A DNA stretch of 64,000 bases from Amphiscolops sp. MND2022. Lineage: Eukaryota. Of the stretch, positions 49,401 to 58,750 are shown in pieces. The stretch is from assembly GCA_964187785.1 (NCBI GenBank), contig OZ076415.1, positions 62,310,001 to 62,374,000 of the forward strand, read 5' to 3'. Positions within the stretch are counted from its first letter, which is position 1. Each line of letters opens with the position of its first letter. Under the pieces are notes generated by a model. That model did no database searches. It was not told where the DNA came from and saw nothing but the letters and a program-made list of their open reading frames with translations. The position numbers and the translations under genes are program-made.

Positions 49401-52400
49401 CGGTTTCCAAGCTGGGTTTTCGTCAACAGATGCGTTACATTTTGCTACTGAAAATATTAGAAAAAAGATAGATCAGAATGAATATGTAACAGCGGCATTC
49501 CTTGATCTCTCTAAAGCATTCGATTCAATTTCGCATTCAATTCTTTTGGAAAATGGAGAGAATTTAAGTTTAACAAAGCCGCTATTTCGGTAATACAGAG
49601 CTATTTAACCGGGAGAAATCAGAAGGTGGTGCCCAATAACTGCGAATCAGACTGGATCGAAATACACCAAGGTGTTCCTCAAGGGACTATTTTAGGGCCT
49701 CTGCTTTTCAACACTTATGTCAATCAAATGGAGGAAACAATCACGAAGAATTGTGAACTAATACAGTATGCTGATGATACTATGATCTTTTACCCGAATA
49801 CTAACAAAAAAGAGGCTCTGAAAAACTTGCAAAAAACATCAAAAATTGATTTTTTTTGAAGTCCATCGTCTAACGCGCATAAAATTGAATTTATTACCTT
49901 TTGCAAAATGTATGTCGAAAGACAACATTGTAGGAGACATTGAACATCAAGTTGATAATAAGACCATTCCACCTTCAAATCACATGAAATATCTGGGAGT
50001 ATTTTTCGATCAAATCTTAACCTATCAAGATGAGGTCAAAAACTCATTGATGAAAATGGCTTGTGGTATTAAAACAATGTATTCGGTACGCGATTTATTC
50101 CCGGAGAAAACTCGTTTTTTACTATTCAATGCCTTGATAATCAGTCATTTACATTATTCATCGGTACTGGTATGGAATAACTGAGTACCAACTCACAACT
50201 CTTGGAAAACAATTTAGGTGGACGGTAAAAGCTTGCTTCAACTGAAACAAATTCTATCACTCCTCAGACCTGAAGATTTACAATAAAATCTTACCAATTC
50301 GATATTTCCTTCGGTACAAATCGGTTTTATACTTTTGGAAACTCAGTCATGGAATCTTACCCGCTTTTGTAAAAGAAAACCAACTACAGCTGTCATCAAA
50401 AACCAGGAGCCAACGAACAAATTGTATGTGAACCTCCCACGCGAAAATGAAGTCATGTAAAATTGTTTTTACAATAAAGTAGTCCCACTATGGAACACCT
50501 TACCAGACAAAGTTAAAATAAAAACCTATACCTACGAGACTATGAAACGAAAGATCAAGAGTATTTTCCAGGAGAAGTTCGAAAATGAAATCGACACACC
50601 TAGTTACAGCTAAATGTTTTGGAATGATTTTCGTTTGACTTAATTGTTTTTGAATATCCAATGTGTATGATTTTAATTACATTACCTTTTTTAAATATTA
50701 CACTGCTTTGTTTTCTTAAAACAATTTCTTGTTTTATCAGCAAAGGTTTATTCAGTGTTCCTTTTTTTACATGGGCTCAAAAAATGTGTAATAAATTCCA
50801 TGATAATGGATGAATTTCTACGAACAGTTAGAAAAAGGGATTGAAACTTTTTTCACAAAACCAAGGCTTAAAAGAACGAGAAGCGCAATGGCAGTGTCAT
50901 ATTTTCGTTTTTTGTTACAACAGAAAACAGTAGGGCTTCCAGGACTATAAATAACTTTTGCGAATTGAAAATATGACAAAAACCCTAAATTAAGTTGTTT
51001 TCCGAAAGAATTTTGTAATGAGTAGGTTCAATATAACAAGATTCATTGACAAATGCTAATAGGCACGCTGAAGTGACAAGTTCTATAGAACGTAATTCAC
51101 GACGACAAAACGTCTTACAACGAAATACCCGACGTCGATAATTTTGGAAATCTAATCAATATACTTCATGAAGACTGCATGAAGCAATTTGCATGCGTTC
51201 TTACATCTTCTTTCGTCATGACAAAAAGCAGAGACGTTTTCTCGTCGGAATAGTCATTTTCATTATTTTAAGTATGACGTCGAAGTTCAATGGAGAAAAT
51301 CTTAAAACCATTTTCCCGTCATGGATGATGATATTTGAAACAGATATAGCCTTGAAAATTTTTCATTCATTCAAATTTTCTTTCAATCTGTATAAAACGG
51401 CTAAAAAAGAATGATCTAAGATTCAACTCAGGTGAGATCCGTCCAATAATTTTCATAGATTAAAAAACAAGCCGGTAACGGCATAAGGCGTGCCATATCT
51501 AAGGCTCAAAAATAGCACGAGTATTTTAAAGTGTCAAGTATTCTCTTCTACAGTACTCGAAAAGCTCTTTGGGATTTTTAAACATCCATTTTGTTGCAAA
51601 ATCTTTTAAAAAAACTGAAGGGGGACCCTTTAGAGACTTTTAAAAAATTTCGAAAAAGTCTCAGTCCCGAAAAAAAATGAAAGGGGGATCCTCTGGGGAA
51701 TTTTTTTTCGAAAAGTCTCACAATGCCGAAAAAACTGAAAGGGGGACACTTTAGTCTCGTCCGGTTTTGTATGTTACGCTAAAAAAGCAGCTATCATAGT
51801 TCAGTTCCCTGAGCTAAATGGTACAATTTGGTTTTTAAAAATTTTGTAGAACTTGTAGAACTATTTTGGCCAGTTCGTGTGGACTGGAAAAAGTCACTCT
51901 GAAGCGCCGACTGAAATTGGCTAGCAGAAACTTTTCCAGCAAACTCAAAGTCGTGGTAGGTCTGACTAAATTCAACTGCTGATCATAGAATTAATATGCG
52001 TTTATAATTTTCCAAATAAGGTTTCCCGAGCATTTACTGTATAGTACCAGTATACTATCCATATATCATAGATGAATATACTTCAAAAAATCCATTAAAA
52101 TCCATTGATCAAATTTAGCCGAAGCCGAACAAACGTAATTGATCGGACATTGGTTTTTCCTAATATTGTTGAATGTTCATTTTAAACAGGGAATCGCAAT
52201 TGGCAAAGGTAGCATTTGTGTTTTCTAAATTATTCCACCAATACTGAACCTGGCTGTTCATTTTTTAAAAATTCATCAGAGGACGTATTTGATTTTGGTA
52301 ACTCATTCGATATTGTTTTATTGCAGCATCTACCTCCAATTTTTTTTAAAAAAAAACAGAATAAAAGCTGTTGAGAATTTCAGTTTCTTATACTTTTGGT

Positions 52401-55400
52401 CTCTTCGGGAATTTTGAGCATATTAACAATTCGTACTCATGGGCATTACCTTGTCCATGAAGTATTGCATCTTTAATGAAAACAACAATTTCATCAGTCG
52501 CAAAAAAACAGTTAATTAAGTATAAACGGGAAAATTTTAATCTTGGCAGTTTGATGATAGAAATTCCAAACCAAGATTTAACGAAACTTTTTTTGTTCAA
52601 GTTTTTCCGATTGTTTTGATTTTCCCCGGTATCCGAGGTTAACAATTGTGTTGCGGAGTTTTCAACAGTATCCCCTGTTTTTTTTTGGGGGGGGGGGGGG
52701 AGAGTTTAAACTAACGGGGCTGAAATCAGCGGCAGTACATGTGTAGTCCCTCCACTTGCAGGCCTTGAGCATGTCCTCAATTTTGTGACCGGCTCGCATC
52801 TGGAACTCTTCCAAGTTGAACGCCTTATTTTTGTCTGCATCGGAGAAGTTCGTCTTCTTCCGCAAACTGTCCGTCTGGCCACCTTTACCTGTTGCCAAAA
52901 AGGACACCTTTCACTAATTGGAAATTTTAGACACAACCAGGGTTTTGGCATCGCTATTTTTTCCGCTAATCGCTAAACCGCTAATTTAGGAATAGCTATT
53001 TCCCTGAATTTTTTTCCTGGAAATTATTAAATATTTGACTTCAAGTAAATTTTAAATTGTAATTTAAATGATCATGGAATAATATTTCAATTTAAATCCC
53101 TTTTGAAATTGCTTGAACTTTTTGCATGTTCTTGAAAGTTGCCACCAATTTTTATTATGATTTTCTAAAACTCTTACAGAAACTTTTATGCAAAAATATT
53201 TCTCTATTGTATTCGACTTTTATCAAGCTGCTTGAAAAAAGCATCTTAAATTTGGCAGCAATGTTAAGCCTTTTAACGGAGTGGCAAACATTTGCAATTT
53301 TAATAGCAATAAATAGTGTAAGCTGCAGTGTAATTCGACAAGATTTACAACTGGAAACCAACCTACTCAATTTTCTAGGTTTTATGGAAAATTACCCTGC
53401 ATACAGGCCTGCAGCTTGTAAAATGTTCCAGCAATCTCAACTAGGGAACCGACTAACGAGAATCTTGTATCAGAGAAAAAAAGTAATAGGCAGAGAATAA
53501 ATACATCGTGAGTTATGATAGTTGAGAATTTCTTGAAAAAATCTGTTGAAGTGTGTCACAATCAGTGTCATAACTAAGCTTCGAAGCAACTAATGCTTAC
53601 CTATGAAGAGGTCCTCTTTTAGCTCCATTTTCTCAGTCAGTATTCCGTACATCTGGCCGGCGTAGAACAGATCTGACGATGAAAACGCGCTCAGCCGAAT
53701 CGGATTCAGATTGCAGATTGTGATGGCAGGAAAGTCTAAACCGCAAAAAATCTTCAACACATTAATTCACAATACAAATATAAATATACAATACAAATTT
53801 AAATATATATCATACTTAACGAGGGAAAAGTTGGATTTTTCATATGGAATGCTATTCCCCAGGTAGTTCTGGTCCCGGAAGAGGAAAATTAGGAAATGCA
53901 AGGTTTCAGAAACTCCAACTTTGCGATGAAATGAAACATGCAAAAACCTTATAGGAATACCTCAGGAGTTTGTGCTCTCAAAGTTTTAACCAATTTTTGT
54001 TCCATTCAAAAAGTCTGTCTTTGTTTTCAAGCTTTTCTCACGTTTGCGGGTACACACAACCTTTTGATGAGTCAATAGGACTGATAACAGTCCCATTGAT
54101 GGACCAGAGATTTCTCCCAAGGTTGATTTCACCTCCCGTTTTAAAAGAAGTTTCTTGAATTGGGTTTCTGCTATTAAAAAATTAGCTCATCAGTTTTGTA
54201 AGGAAACATTCGGGAATGTAGCAGCATCGCTTCTGAGCTTTGTTGTTCACAAGTGTTACAAACGTTCACCATATTCAGAGCTACATGTTCAAAAATTTTG
54301 CAAAGCATCCGCTTGGCGCCTGGACATGTTAAGGCCTATCGATGGTCAGAATTTTCTCACATGGTAAAGTTATCCTATCTTGAAAAACTAATATTTTTCC
54401 ACTGTAAGTGTTGTAATAAAATATCTAACCATTCAGCAATTACAACATTCAACAAATTCACAGTTCTTTTCACACTTAGTTTGTTCTTTGCTGCTGTCAA
54501 AACTTTCTAATGATTACACGTACAACTTTTACAACGTGAACATATTGCGTTTGAATTTTTCAAAACAAACTTGCCGGAAAGTGTACGGGCTGAAACTGAG
54601 ACAATCACATATCACATTTTGGCTGTAAATTATTTTGCCACTTACTACACTTTTTGTGGCGTATGTAAAATAGAGTTTGAATCATTTCGTTCTTTCAGTA
54701 TTTTGTTTTTGACTCTGAGGTATTTTACACTGCTTTTATTTGCTATATACCAAGTTTTGTGAGCAACGGATAGTTTGTTTTTAGTTTGCTTTTCAGTTCC
54801 GGAACTAGTTTTTCCGGAATTCCTAGTTTGTAGTTAGGGGTCAGTCATATCATATGATATGACTGACCCCTAACTACAAACTAGGAATTCCGGAAAAACT
54901 TTTTCCAGCAAAAATAGGAATTTGTTCCAGCAAAAACTTTTTTCCAGCTAGAAAAAATTTTTTCCAGCAAAAGTCATTCGGCGTGCAAATTCATAATCCC
55001 TGTAAAGTTCCAACCCGGGTTGTTACCCCATACGTTTTTTGTCTGCGGCCAGTTGTGACCCAAGGTTTGAAAGCAAAAACTTGTGAAAAGATCTTGGAGC
55101 TAAACTTCTGGTCCCGAACTAAGTAATCCCTGGCTCATATGAGCCAGGGATTATTTAGTTCGGGACCAGAAGTTTAGCTCCAAGATCTTTTCACAAGTTT
55201 TTGCTTTCAAACCTTGGGTCACAACTGGCCGCAGACAAAAAACGTATGGGGTAACAACCCGGGTTGGAACTTTACAGGGATTATGAATTTGCACGCCGAA
55301 TGACTTTTGCTGGAAAAAATTTTTGCAAAAAGCTGGGCGAAAAATTAACACTTTGTTTACTGCAAGTTCTTCTAACAATTTTAGGGGCATACCAAAGAGC

Positions 55401-57354
55401 CGAATGGCTTCTCTCTATGCCTGGACAGACGGTTTGTTTAGTTATAGTTAAATATAGATGCTAAAATGTTTGTTTGTGTGTGATCGAATGAAATTCAAAT
55501 ATTCAAGAGCCAGTTAGTTGCTCAGGGTTGGAATGTTTCACATTGTAACAGACGACACAGCATTTCCTAGTAAGATTTCAAAAAAAGTTATTCAGACCTG
55601 CATTCGGAAAAAAATTGGAGCACCTACAAGTTTAAGTGAGTAATAATGATAATTTTTATAATATTGATTTTAAACAAATAATAACTACAATGCCATTTTT
55701 GTAGTATGAATGGAAAATTTACTTTTTAAAATTTTAATATTGTATCTACGAAAAGGAATTCAGTTGTTTTAGGAAGAGCAAAAAAGTATGTGGAAGAAAG
55801 TTTGCGTCGGTAATTACGTTTTATTAAACGCTGTCGCATTATCTATAAGGAATTGTTGTTTATCATTGAGTCCGCTCATCTAAATATTTATCGGTAATTG
55901 TGCAATATTTGCTATCCTTGACTACGCTTATTTATGATTTTGAGATAAAAAAGTTTCGCAAACAAAATTTTAACTATTCATAGAAAATCTTCCAGAGTCA
56001 CAGATTTTTCAATATATTTTTTCCAATTTTACACATTATTTAAAGTTGGTTGGTAAAATAGTGCAGAACTGAAAATATCCCGTTGCTCAATAATCGTCTT
56101 GATGAGTTGATTGAATGCAGTTAATTTTTTGACTTATTTTGGTGTGAAAGCCAAACTTATTCTCAAGAGTTTATTTTCATAATTTAATAATTGAACAAAT
56201 AAAATGGTATCTTTTAAACGCTGTTAATTCTAATCAATACGACGAAGTTTCCGACGACAATATTTCTGACGACGAAATTTCTGGATTTGCTAATACGACG
56301 AAATTTCTCACGACGAAATTTCTGACGATGAAATTTCTTGCGACGAAATTTCTTGCAACGAAATTTCCGCCTCCCCATTTTAATCATTAATTTATTTATT
56401 ACCGGTAATTGAAATAAGATCTTAAGAGCAAGTTTCATTTTGATACCAAAATTGTGTCAAAAAGTTGATTGATTGCAATCAACTCAGCAAGACGCTTAAG
56501 GAGCAACATGATATTTTCAGTCCAGAACTATTTTACCAACCAACTTCGAAAATCGTTCAAAAATTGCAGAAAACGTGTTTAACAATCGTTTATTATCGAA
56601 TATCATCGAAGATTATAATCGAAGATTATCTATGAATAATTGAAATTTTGCCAGCAAAACTTTTTCAATGATAGCAAAGTATTGCACAGTTAAGGATAAT
56701 AAAAGACGATTCCTAATAGATATAACTAAATTGCGGCAGCGTTTTATAAAATTTAATTGCCGACGACGAAATTTGAGACGACAAAATTTCTGGTAGAGGT
56801 GTACCGGACAAGTCCTGTCCGGTATCCGGCCGGATTTTTGACAATGTCCGGCCGGATATTATCTTAACATAATAATCTTAAATAATCCGAATATCTAACT
56901 TTAAAAATGTGTATGTGCATTGAAAAACTGAATTTGTAACTGTGAATCAAAATTCGATAAATTATGGCTGAGGGGAAAATAGTTTTTCACCACTCTGGGG
57001 TAAAAACCTGCTTCGTTTTTCGTAATCCTCGTTACCCAATTCTGAAAACAGCCCTTCATGGCTTACAATTGAGGATAATTCCGGTCCGGCCGGTATCCGG
57101 CTCCAATCAGTCCTGTCCGGTTGTCCGGCAGGACGGAACTTTTCCTGTCCGGTGCACCTCTAATTTGTGGTAATGGAAGATATTACTAACTGAGAGACTG
57201 TGACTCCTCGTCGAGTTGGGTGATGTGTTGGAAGGTGTAGTAGTACTGGACCTTCTTCACACTCACACTGATGAAGTACACCCAGAAGAGGGAGAAGACA
57301 AGTGTCCACAGAACACGCTTGATCGTGATCCGCGCACCAGGTAGCACCACATAC
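25094..57354 (-). CDS. ASIC: Acid-sensing ion channel (ASIC-type DEG/ENaC), 5'-partial, ten exons, about 645 aa in window
   Basis: Exons 57354-57191, 53735-53601, 52888-52716, 44694-44523, 43873-43592, 41723-41418, 36688-36599, 28339-28171, 27341-27226 and 25425-25094 are all GT-AG and phase-consistent. Motifs: TM1, FPAITICNLN, Cys-rich thumb, GDIGGLMGLFIGAS (TM2 and GAS filter). Confidence 0.93.
27226..27341 (-). CDS. ASIC: ASIC cytoplasmic tail exon
   Basis: aatcag|T (phase 2), HDGSGRAMLMAPPGAVDGSRFVFNVNHNESDYNTAMSR, C|gtgagt (phase 1). Confidence 0.75.
28171..28339 (-). CDS. ASIC: ASIC exon: TM2
   Basis: gtcatag|..., DIGGLMGLFIGASAMTLFEFLFFFCD...SVPDN, CA|gtgatg. Confidence 0.92.
29035..29175 (+). 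mobile_element. tRNA-derived SINE, second family
   Basis: gctcagttggtag A-box, gtctgcctggcagac stem and ggttcgaac B-box, but no 3' acceptor strand; followed by gcgttaca repeats. Confidence 0.6.
29455..30176. mobile_element. Foldback family C (about 14-bp cgacgaaattt arrays at both ends, inverted)
   Basis: ttcgtcg arrays at the left and cgacgaa arrays at the right. Relatives at 26570-26700, 48785-51150 (LINE inside) and 55800-56793. Confidence 0.7.
30678..31144 (+). mobile_element. HINE-like element
   Basis: ttttagtcggcgctttt...gccgacttgggcagttcccggcttgtt. Confidence 0.72.
32800..34051 (-). pseudogene. Gypsy aspartic protease and reverse transcriptase, frameshifted
   Basis: FIVDTGSQISII; PVKQKARPIP...FVSPVVITVK; YAYGQ; YYRLKKWFYGL; AWLDDIIV; KWLGHEI. 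Confidence 0.88.
34109..34900 (-). pseudogene. Gypsy gag-like ORF
   Basis: 263 aa ending in Cys-rich CKFC...HKC...CNNC knuckle remnants, directly upstream of protease and RT. Confidence 0.75.
34941..34954 (-). promoter_or_regulatory. Primer-binding site (tRNA-Ser-like)
   Basis: ...gaaCA|TGGCGCAGTCAGCA about 40 nt upstream of the gag ATG. TGG is complementary to the tRNA CCA end and follows an LTR-type CA. Confidence 0.6.
36599..36688 (-). CDS. ASIC: ASIC exon: beta11-beta12, pre-TM2
   Basis: gtttttag|..., QALVVSIYFQSLSLQKIEQVQAYDFAAML, G|gttagt; 90 nt. Corresponds to ENILVLDIFF...KKAYE in ASIC1. Confidence 0.9.
37884..38114. mobile_element. MITE with CAAGAT micro-repeats and TA TSD
   Basis: TA|CCCAGCGTCCGACATCTTGAATATCTTGCCAAGAT...ATCTTGGCAAGATATTCAAGATGTCGAACGCTGGG|TA. 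Confidence 0.85.
39482..39502 (-). CDS. Candidate 21-nt ASIC microexon (adds about EIDTQIG)
   Basis: gtgttttgtgtgttgaag|AAATAGACACCCAAATCGGGA|gtaagt. Phase 1-1 like its neighbours, no stop. Confidence 0.5.
41418..41723 (-). CDS. ASIC: ASIC exon: thumb, beta10 and knuckle
   Basis: gttgtag|..., YKVCSPTKVLSCAQERLD...CIKACGISRYKSSLSSVKFPSYLGAIKLAEEYN...SEKYWK, G|gtcagt. Confidence 0.9.
41768..42524 (+). mobile_element. tRNA-derived SINE interrupted by an antisense copy of its own family
   Basis: Head GGGAGCATAGTGTAGTGG...GGTTCGAATCC (A and B boxes) at 41768-41838; body resumes at 42231 and ends in ttcttct. Confidence 0.8.
41839..42230 (-). mobile_element. tRNA-derived SINE, full-length antisense insertion
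   Basis: On -: GGGGGCATGGTGTAGTGG...AGATTCGAATC head and (TTC)n tail; flanked by a TCAA duplication (41835-41838 and 42231-42234). Confidence 0.82.
42646..43193 (-). mobile_element. MITE family B with TA target duplication
   Basis: TA|cccttgttgaa...ttcaactaggg|TA. Confidence 0.78.
43592..43873 (-). CDS. ASIC: ASIC exon: palm and thumb
   Basis: gttgaacag|..., SSLETGFKIEVHDPDVPPLVHQLGIGLAPG...PWGKC...CRIECETQHIVDECECRMPFMP, A|gtgcgt. Confidence 0.93.
44060..44420. repeat. attagcg-rich repeat; inverted partial copy at 52939-53008
   Basis: 44325-44394 is closely similar to the reverse complement of 52939-53008. Confidence 0.75.
44523..44694 (-). CDS. ASIC: ASIC exon: beta-ball
   Basis: tgttag|ILTEMGLCYQYNVNK...GGAGNGLKMLLITQENDYLPPKIEDF, G|gtcagt. 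Confidence 0.92.
45827..46227 (-). mobile_element. HINE-like element
   Basis: aacaagccagaaacggcccaagtcggcgcc...gaagcgccgactaa. Confidence 0.72.
47793..48115. mobile_element. Palindromic MITE with TA flanks
   Basis: TA|gttcaaatg...catttgaat|TA. Arms are imperfectly complementary throughout; the centre is a 14-bp tandem (atcgttatatcttt). Confidence 0.7.
48149..48660. mobile_element. Foldback element with arms built of a 15-bp tandem repeat
   Basis: (ggacattacgcccaa) about 10 times at 48157-48310 and about 7 inverted copies at 48540-48650; TAA|CGGT...ACCG|TAA ends. Confidence 0.85.
48965..50640 (+). mobile_element. Decayed, 5'-truncated non-LTR retrotransposon (CR1/L2-like RT)
   Basis: VIPIFKK, QFGFQ, AAFLDLSKAFDSI, QGVPQGTILGPLLF, QYADDT and KYLGV across broken frames. 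Boundaries approximate. Confidence 0.9.
51466..51913 (-). mobile_element. HINE-like element
   Basis: aacaagccggtaacggc...gaagcgccgactg. Confidence 0.68.
52716..52888 (-). CDS. ASIC: ASIC exon: finger domain
   Basis: caacag|..., KGGQTDSLRKKTNFSDADKNKAFNLEEFQMRAGHKIEDMLKACKWRDYTCTAADFSP, |gttagt. Confidence 0.92.
53099..53447 (-). mobile_element. MITE family B, internally deleted
   Basis: cccttttgaaattgcttgaac...atctcaactaggg. Confidence 0.68.
53601..53735 (-). CDS. ASIC: ASIC exon: FPAITICNLN
   Basis: tttag|AC..., FPAITICNLNPIRLSAFSSSDLFYAGQMYGILTEKMELKEDLFI, G|gtaagc. Confidence 0.92.
54807..54900. repeat. 94-bp perfect spacerless palindrome
   Basis: Centre CAT|ATG at 54853/54854; arms checked by eye. 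Confidence 0.95.
54953..55324. repeat. 372-bp near-perfect spacerless palindrome
   Basis: Centre CAT|ATG at 55138/55139; one mismatch seen (55123 vs 55154). Confidence 0.95.
55800..56793. mobile_element. Two family C copies in inverted orientation
   Basis: 55800-56375 is the reverse complement of the 29455 element; 56376-56793 is a forward partial copy. Confidence 0.65.
56794..57162. mobile_element. hAT-type MITE with 8-bp TSD
   Basis: TIR TAGAGGTGtACCGGACA...TGTCCGGTgCACCTCTA; flanks atttctgg / atttgtgg. Ends 28 nt from the donor of the TM1 exon. Confidence 0.82.
57191..57354 (-). CDS. ASIC: ASIC exon: TM1 and beta1
   Basis: tgttgaag|G TAT..., YVVLPGARITIKRVLWTLVFSLFWVYFISVSVKKVQYYYTFQHITQLDEESQSL, A|gttagt. 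This frame is not in the ORF track. Confidence 0.9.
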
Positions 57355-57740
57355 CTTCAACATAAAATGCCACTCTATTCATTCAAATGACCAGAAAAAA
57401 AACGTCTTCAAAGCCATCAGTTGACCAAGTTTTTCAGTATTTCAGCGCGGCTGAACTTCTTTTTAAACACAATTAGAGGAAGAAAAGGACCATGTGATCT
57501 ATTTCCCCCCCCCCCAAACTGCGGTGGGGGGAAATAATACAGTAGGTTCAAATACTAGTTTTAAACGAATTAATTATGTCGACATAACATTTTAAATAGT
57601 CAAATACCATTATGTCGACATCGTTGCGTTGAAATTTTAGTCCAATAAGATAATTGATGTCGACATAATCATATCTTTTACATTGATTGACAGTTAAAAT
57701 CAATCATTATTCTTTGAAATGTGCTTCCAAACGGACATAC

Positions 57741-58750
57741 TGTTACGACTATTGTTCGGTGTTGTTTTAGAACTAGTCGCAGTTTGTGTTTTGACTGGGG
57801 TGGACGTTCTTGCTACGGAGATGTTTTCTTGGTCAGAATCAGAATCTTGCAAGTTCGGATTAACTGAACGTTTCTTGCTCGCAGGTGCTATTAATTTGAG
57901 CATTTCCTTTTGATTTTCAGCTAATATTTTTGTTAGATCAGTCATTATCTCTTTCCTCAGAGTTGTTTTTATTTCTTCCAGATTCTCGAGCTCAAGTCTA
58001 GGGTTTTTACTAGAACTAGGTATCAGGTTCTCAGTAGAGTTATTTTCAGTTAGAGAAGCTTCAAAATCTCCTGACGCTAACTCAGCTATAGCTTTTCTCT
58101 TCTGGCTCCTTGTCGTCATTTTAAAGTTGAGATATCAGGGTCTTTGGCAAGAATTAAATTCTTCAAAGAAATTTTGGTTTTTCGTAATTACAACGAACAA
58201 CAAAGTTTTGAAACAAATTCAAGATCAACTAAAAATACATGTCCTCTCTACATATTTATACCTTCTTAGCATCATTTGTTCCTCACCTAAAAATTCCTAG
58301 GAATCCTAAAAATCGGGTTTGTTCAACAAAATTCGCCGATGATTCAAATTATTTCAGTCTGGCGTTGTAAATTCAGGTATCGAAATTCCTAGTTGCGTTA
58401 ACATTCCGTGAGACTTTGTTGAAATCATTTTTGTTCAGATAATCCATTTCCTGTTTGGTCTTCAAAACCGCGGTAAAATAGAAATCTAACTGACATTTTC
58501 ATCGGCGCAAGCACGCCGGCGTGAACTATTAGTCAATATTCAACTCAAGGAGTTGGAATTTTAAAGAAAAAGATGATGTTCAAAAATGGCGACGAGAACG
58601 ATACGTCGCTGAAAATTCGCCGTTGAGAATATTTGAAATGAGAGACAAATGATGCTAATGGACATTAAAACAGACTGACTTCGGTATACAACAAACATGA
58701 AATTCAACGTAAAAATTGACTTGGGTTACGGGAATACTCCGTATCATGTC
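57741..58750 (-). mobile_element. Possible LTR-retroelement fragment with a gag-N-terminus-like ORF (58119-57741)
   Basis: MTTRSQKRKAIAEL...coiled-coil...Ser/Thr-rich; coding-like composition ends at a TGTTACG terminus-like motif. The partner terminus and TSD were not found. Confidence 0.4.

Noticed and set aside
52687-52700. G14 run (poly-Pro in the ORF track)
   Set aside because: Intronic homopolymer just past the donor; not coding.
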